From a virus, in IMG/VR virus record IMGVR_UViG_3300024346_000007: a stretch of DNA of 64,000 bases; one strand, 5' to 3'. Below, piece after piece: positions 59,801 to 64,000 of this stretch (positions within the stretch are counted from its first letter, which is position 1; each line of letters opens with the position of its first letter). A model generated the notes under the pieces. It worked only from the letters and a program-made list of their open reading frames with translations. It had not been told where the DNA came from and ran no database searches. Position numbers and translations under genes: made by a program.

Positions 59801-61214
59801 TACCGCTAGTAGCACTACCTATGTAGTGGTTTCTACCCGTAGAAAATTGATATGAATCACTAGGCCCACCAACACCAAACGATGGATCAAATATGTGATT
59901 ACTACTGTTGATACCCATATCAACGTAGTTATCAGTTTCAGTTCCTATATCATTTGTAGCTACTATATCAGCAGATGCATATGATCCAGTACCTAAGTTT
60001 ATTATGTTTAACTGTAAATAACTTTCATTTATTATACCCTTTCCTATTATTAAGTTAGAAAAAGAACCTGACGGGCCTACTCCTGTAATTACCAAAGGTT
60101 CTACTAATAATGATTCTGGATTTGATGGGTTATTATCACTAGCGTTAATTCCTACGGTACCGTCTGCAGTTATGTACACACGAGCGTTGGCTACTGCTGA
60201 TCCCGTACCATTAAATATAATAACCCTTTTGCCTTCAGCAGCATTTCCTATCAATAGGTCTTCTGCAATAGAGTATAAATAAGCATCATTTTGACTGCCT
60301 ATTCCATCTTCTATATTATAGCCGTCTCCATTGATACCCATATTAACATAGTAGCTTTCTTCATCACCTATGTTACTGGTTGCTACTATGTCAGAAGATC
60401 CGGTAACTCCAGAATTAATATTTTTTATATTAATCTGGGAGTAATTATTTACATCCCCTTGTGCATATATTAAGTTATATGAACTAGTAGTTGCTGCGAA
60501 TACTCTTAGAGACGATGGATTATCATAATCTATAGTATCTGTATTAAATCCTATGGTACCCTGTTCGTGTATAAACACTCTAGCGTTAACAAAGGCATCA
60601 AAGCCTCCGTTAAATATTATTACCCTTTTACCAGCAGAAGCATTACCTAGATATAGATCATTACCAGTAGAGTACATATATGCATCTCCTGCAGAACCTA
60701 CGAAGTCTGGGGATGTGTATCCGCTACTGTTGATACCCATGTCAATATATCTGACAGTCTCGTTCCCATTATCTGCAGTAGCTACTATGTCAGAAGAAGC
60801 AAAAGCCCCTGCACTGTAGTTTTGTACATTTACTTGTACATAGTTATTAAGCCTACCATGTGCAGATATAAGATTGTAAGTATTTACACCATCTCCGTTT
60901 ACAAATAGTATATCTGGATTTGTTGGATTTACAGGAACTGTAGTTTTCCTTATAGATGTAAAAGATCCAGATTGGTATATTGAACTGGTTACTATATTAT
61001 TAGGACCTGAGAATACAGGTATATGGTATATAGATCCGGAAACATTTGCAGAATTGGCCCCTATTTCTATTACACTATCTCCTCCGCTACCGCTAACCTT
61101 CATAAACAGCTTACCATCAGCTGTGTTCATTGCTACTTCACCAAATTCTATTTGGGATATAGTAGGCTTAGCGCCAGATATAGCGCTCCTTCGGAGTTTG
61201 AGTATTTGGGCCAT
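56811..61214 (-). CDS. Large tail fibre (1467 aa) with Mtd-N-like N-terminus, three DMGIN modules and a collagen-like tract
   Basis: ILKLRR....P.....GEVAMNTADGKLF; GNIGIGTT.P repeats; G-X-Y tract. Confidence 0.8.
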   Translation of the reverse strand: MAQILKLRRSAISGAKPTISQIEFGEVAMNTADGKLFMKVSGSGGDSVIEIGANSANVSGSIYHIPVFSGPNNIVTSSIYQSGSFTSIRKTTVPVNPTNPDILFVNGDGVNTYNLISAHGRLNNYVQVNVQNYSAGAFASSDIVATADNGNETVRYIDMGINSSGYTSPDFVGSAGDAYMYSTGNDLYLGNASAGKRVIIFNGGFDAFVNARVFIHEQGTIGFNTDTIDYDNPSSLRVFAATTSSYNLIYAQGDVNNYSQINIKNINSGVTGSSDIVATSNIGDEESYYVNMGINGDGYNIEDGIGSQNDAYLYSIAEDLLIGNAAEGKRVIIFNGTGSAVANARVYITADGTVGINASDNNPSNPESLLVEPLVITGVGPSGSFSNLIIGKGIINESYLQLNIINLGTGSYASADIVATNDIGTETDNYVDMGINSSNHIFDPSFGVGGPSDSYQFSTGRNHYIGSATSGSLIFWTREDFDGELGAKLTLRPNDVHSLTGSLSATNGFTGSLQGTSSWAENALTASYITASNVYGPYGQNSVISASHAVTASSADNFLVRGTLTAQTIVVQTITSSVEFVTGSTHFGTIIQNTHEFTGSLSISGSLVINGTSYTAATSGTSGTSGTAGSSGTSGTSGSSGSTGTSGSSGTSGSSGSTGTSGSSGSSGSSGTSGSSGSTGTSGSSGSTGTSGSSGTSGSSGSAGTSGTSGSSGSTGTSGSSGTSGTSGSSGSTGTSGSSGSSGTSGSSGSTGTSGSSGSSGSTGTSGSAGSSGTSGSSGTSGSAGSSGTSGSSGSTGTSGSSGTSGSAGSSGTSGTSGSSGTGFNTISNAAIGRVLISDGTLNAATASAILTVNNGAVSMSGSAFITGSLTVSNTITAQTLIVQTITSSVEFVTGSTHFGSIISNTHEFTGSVTISGSLSVNNSSVVLSNQTGSMSVATASNVLGGATNYIPLWSGATSLSSSVMYQSSSNIGIGTTTPNALLNIVSTSGDAFIFKGSGGKEFISINHLGYLKSRASDTNGANMHFLDNAGAKRMEMAVDTTSMNWYSDALASFFLTFQHSTGNIGIGTTNPSSKLEVVQSGSIPGITVKDGTNPQIQTTNGTVIAKLQIAASALIGTETNHDFTIYTNNTEKVRITSTGNLGLGVTPSAWDNGQKVYQSGLGSFYGLPDGGATILVNNGYYNSGWKYSSNGSAGNYQIVQNAHQWLTAPIGTIGNAITFTQAMTLTANNRLLINQTGDTGEQLQVNGTGRFSGGLTLNRAAGGDANGIILQTSGTSNWYVGSSAIGSNTDLQFYNHSAAAVVLNIANTTGAATFSSSVTAASFTGSLFGTASWAENAITSSYSLNAISASYAATASYANSSFDIGIAEFNSTSSTTAAGTTAVSIIPTGSFKSAFYNYYIMSASNARSGQIMSIWSGSTVRYTEVTTTDIGNTSLVYMSVGLSNGNVLLNASSSGGWTVKALANLL
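58752..59363 (-). repeat. Coding Gly-X-Y repeat (~68 triplets)
   Basis: GSS/GTS/GST/GSA tract with no Pro. Confidence 0.9.
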
Positions 61215-61271
61215 ATGTATGAGTCTCTAAGTGTATTTACACGCAGCTTTCGCTGGCCTATATAGGCGTAT

Positions 61272-61279
61272 ATAAATAT
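61272..61279 (-). promoter_or_regulatory. Putative phage late-promoter motif ATATTTAT (one of ~16 copies)
   Basis: Same motif (or its TATTTAT core) also at 10187, 18885, 23835, 33330, 34380, 35920, 35940, 36574, 37121, 39419, 40722, 41113, 44526, 52858 and 54577, each shortly upstream of a start codon. Confidence 0.6.
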
Positions 61280-61308
61280 GAATAAAAACTCTATATTTCA
61301 GGATAGAC

Positions 61309-63390
61309 CTACAGTAGATTGGATATTTTTGAGATTACATCCTCTGCAGTGATTGTTTTGGTGCATTCGAACTGCCGATCTGTTCCTTTATGCTTAGGAC
61401 ACCAGTTCCAATCTCCTGGATCTAGCTTCTCTTTATTAAAACAGAATCTACAAACAGACTCTTTTGGTGATATCCTTACTGTTGGAGTAAAATCTGACTC
61501 AGGCTTGGTTATCCCTGATATTAGACATGTGTTAGTTCCTAAAGCCCAAGCCAACCAGCTTAGTCCGCTACTTATTCCAATGAACATTTCTGATGTTAAT
61601 ACCTCACTTATTACTGATTCTAAGCTGCTATCTAGTAGATGTGTCACTCCTTTAGGATATTTATTTCCCATGTAGCCATCTTCTTCTTTAGATACCATTA
61701 CAACCTCATACTTGTTCTCCAGTAGGTAGTCTACTAACTTCTGCCACCCCGTCTCATTGTTCCAATACTTACATTGTGCTGTAGAATGCATAGCAATAGT
61801 AACTTTTCTTTCTTTTGATCCTATTTTAGGTAGCTTTATCTTTGGCTTTACCTCTTTAAACTCTAATCCCAATATATCTGAGGCTGTCTTTTGTAGTGAT
61901 TGGTCTCTAAAGTTTTCAGGAACCTTTCTAAAATCAAAAGACCCGTCTGGGGTGTAGAACCAGCCTAAAGTATACATGGCATATATATTATTCACCACTT
62001 CCCCAGGTTTAACAAACTCAATCTCTGGATACTCTGGCTTGAAGAAATGATTCCAAAAAGTAGAACAAACTACCTTACAGTTGTGTTTTTTTCTAAACTC
62101 TTCTACATATGGAAACCAAGCTAGAGTATCACCTAGTGCTTTTGAGTCTAAAGCTATATACACTCTCTTACCGGTATAGTCTGGCTTAAACTCATATGAA
62201 CTTAGGCCATCGTCTACAAATATACTCCAATCTACAAAATATGAGATTGATGCCTTTACCCAATGATCCTTTTTTATATTGGATTTATGGACTATTTGTC
62301 CAGTTTTTTTGTTTATAAACTGGACATTGTACTCCCTGTCGGGTCCTCCTAATATCTCAAAAAAAGCACCATCTATAAAATTCATATTGAACACAGGACT
62401 AAGAGGCTTAGATTTTACTCCTATAATTTTAGTATTATTGTAGCTATCTATTAATTGTTTTTTAAAACTCATTGTGTAATGTTTTAACAGTTCTTTTGTT
62501 CTATTTTCCCATGATAGATCTTTAGCTTGCATTCTTGCAGTATTTGAATAATACAAATACCTAGTGGGGTTGGCAAATACTTCCTCTATTGCTTTAACTG
62601 TTTGGTCTACATCTCTACCCACCACTATCATACCATCCAGACTATTACCATCTTCATACGTACCCACTACTGGCAAACCTGATGCCATTGCCTCCAGTAG
62701 AGTTAGATTCGGGTGTCCAGCTTCTAAAGTGGATAAGTGTAAGAAGCAACTATGCTCTTTATATAAGTCTTTCAATTGATCCTCTGTTAGATCATATAGA
62801 ATTGTTAGCTTCTCATAGTCAGAAGGGTATTTTTCAAAGTATCTCTTGTTGTTACTGGGCCCAGCTATGGTTATAGGTAGGTTTAACCTCTTAGCAGCTT
62901 CTATGGCATACCCAAAACCCTTCCTATCCTCCGCTTGATCGTGTATAAACCCATTATTTGCTACGCATAATAGCTTTGGTTCGCTAGTTCCACTAGGAGT
63001 GAAGTAGTCTATGTTTACTCCATGAGAAAAATACTCCGGTATGTTTCCAAAATAACCGACCAAGAATTTAGCGGGGACGAATGCTTTTTTGGCATTTTTG
63101 ATTGCAAGCATGTTTTCTTTGAACACTGCTGAATCTTTCCCATATAGATACGCATGGTGGTCATGCATTGTAAAGTAATATGGAATACCTCTCTCATGTG
63201 CAATGTTTGCTAGATTAGCAACATGAATATGCACCACATCACAGTCTTTTACATCATCTAAGTATTCTATTGTAGAATTATGCCCTAGTTTTAACAAGGC
63301 ATTATGAGTTTCCCATATTATTTTTTCCACAGCTCCCCAACCATTAGGAGGGATTGGTATTAATCCTGGAGTGACGTTTATTATCTTCAT
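61309..63390 (-). CDS. GT4 glycosyltransferase fused to an autotransporter O-heptosyltransferase (TibC/AAH, BAHT family)-like domain
   Basis: N-terminal PPNGWGAVE...EAGHP.LTLLEAMASGLPVV; C-terminal ALGDTLAWFPY, KYWNN..GW, FIGISSGLSWLAWA, iron-finger CRFCFN...WCPKHKGTDRQFECTK. Confidence 0.85.
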   Translation of the reverse strand: MKIINVTPGLIPIPPNGWGAVEKIIWETHNALLKLGHNSTIEYLDDVKDCDVVHIHVANLANIAHERGIPYYFTMHDHHAYLYGKDSAVFKENMLAIKNAKKAFVPAKFLVGYFGNIPEYFSHGVNIDYFTPSGTSEPKLLCVANNGFIHDQAEDRKGFGYAIEAAKRLNLPITIAGPSNNKRYFEKYPSDYEKLTILYDLTEDQLKDLYKEHSCFLHLSTLEAGHPNLTLLEAMASGLPVVGTYEDGNSLDGMIVVGRDVDQTVKAIEEVFANPTRYLYYSNTARMQAKDLSWENRTKELLKHYTMSFKKQLIDSYNNTKIIGVKSKPLSPVFNMNFIDGAFFEILGGPDREYNVQFINKKTGQIVHKSNIKKDHWVKASISYFVDWSIFVDDGLSSYEFKPDYTGKRVYIALDSKALGDTLAWFPYVEEFRKKHNCKVVCSTFWNHFFKPEYPEIEFVKPGEVVNNIYAMYTLGWFYTPDGSFDFRKVPENFRDQSLQKTASDILGLEFKEVKPKIKLPKIGSKERKVTIAMHSTAQCKYWNNETGWQKLVDYLLENKYEVVMVSKEEDGYMGNKYPKGVTHLLDSSLESVISEVLTSEMFIGISSGLSWLAWALGTNTCLISGITKPESDFTPTVRISPKESVCRFCFNKEKLDPGDWNWCPKHKGTDRQFECTKTITAEDVISKISNLL

Positions 63391-64000
63391 CTTTTCTTAG
63401 CGTATATAAATCCTACAGTATCTTCTTTGGTAGAGTTTCTGTACTCAACAAAGTAATTATTGTTTATTAGAGTGCTTTCTATATCTTTTGGATTATTATG
63501 AAACTCTATAAACATTTGATCTATTTTATCAAATTCATTTGCTGTTAACTTTTCTATTACATCAAACTCAGCCCCTTCTATATCTAATTTTAACAGATTT
63601 ATTCTATTTTCTATTTTAAGTATACTATTAATTGTCACAGACTCCACCAATACAGATTGTTTATTTTCATAGTTTGTATACTTGCTTATAGCACTTCCTA
63701 CTGATGCGCCTATGCATATATCAAAACTTACAGGCTGTTCTGTATCGTTTAATACTTTGTTTAAGAGTATGATTCCGGGATCAAAACCATAGTTTTTTTC
63801 TAAATAAAAAAAAGGCATTGGATCAGGTTCTATGCTGTAAATTCTTTTTGATCCATGTTTTTTGCAATATAAAGTAAAGAATCCTACATTAGCTCCAGCA
63901 TCTATAACCGTTCCAGAAGTATCTATGTTCTTACACAGATCTCCATAAAAAAAATCTACGTAAGAAGGGCCAGTAACATCAAATTCTGGAGTTGCGTACA
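63387..64000 (-). CDS. FkbM family methyltransferase; ORF extends past the right edge
   Basis: Frame is open upstream of 63818 to the window end, giving VIDAGANVGFF and YSIEPDP; LLKLDIEGAE and IEFH downstream. Confidence 0.85.
   Translation of the reverse strand, partial: YATPEFDVTGPSYVDFFYGDLCKNIDTSGTVIDAGANVGFFTLYCKKHGSKRIYSIEPDPMPFFYLEKNYGFDPGIILLNKVLNDTEQPVSFDICIGASVGSAISKYTNYENKQSVLVESVTINSILKIENRINLLKLDIEGAEFDVIEKLTANEFDKIDQMFIEFHNNPKDIESTLINNNYFVEYRNSTKEDTVGFIYAKKR

Noticed and set aside
53136-61214. Diversity-generating retroelement acting on the LamG or Mtd-like genes
   Set aside because: No reverse transcriptase and no template/variable repeat pair with adenine-specific differences seen.
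33330-61279. TATAAATA as T4 gp55 late promoters
   Set aside because: That spelling lies on the plus strand, opposite to all genes; the gene-sense motif is ATATTTAT.
1-64000. tRNA or rRNA genes, integrase, capsid or terminase genes
   Set aside because: None recognised; intergenic gaps are almost all under 100 nt and show no cloverleaf.

Overview
This window is a 64 kb segment of a large contractile-tailed (myovirus-like) dsDNA phage. It is AT-rich and densely packed, and every credible gene is on the minus strand. The host is most likely a Bacteroidota species, based on TTTG-N19-21-TAnnTTTG promoters, SD-less GTTATG starts and Gln-exposing signal peptides. In transcription order (right to left) it encodes: (1) an FkbM methyltransferase and a GT4 / TibC-AAH-type (BAHT) O-heptosyltransferase fusion; (2) two giant fibre/tailspike proteins with Pro-free Gly-Ser/Thr collagen-like repeats, a four-gene LamG paralog array and a GIY-YIG homing endonuclease; (3) a Maf/DUF115-methyltransferase plus GT8-like pair; (4) tail sheath, tube, chaperones, tape measure and baseplate; (5) a replication block (second atypical PolA, gp32-like SSB, RecA, 5'-3' exonuclease, DnaB-like helicase, NrdJ, dUTPase, PolA, GroES/GroEL, Cas4-like nuclease); (6) a ~10 kb glycosyl-/methyltransferase cluster. 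Best leads: a putative phage-encoded system for O-glycosylating its own Ser/Thr-rich virion proteins; a homing endonuclease that appears to replace the 5' end of the gene it interrupts with a recoded copy; two candidate frameshifts in the tail region; a phage-specific ATATTTAT promoter motif; and structured leaders on both large fibre genes. All family calls come from motif recognition by eye, not database searches.
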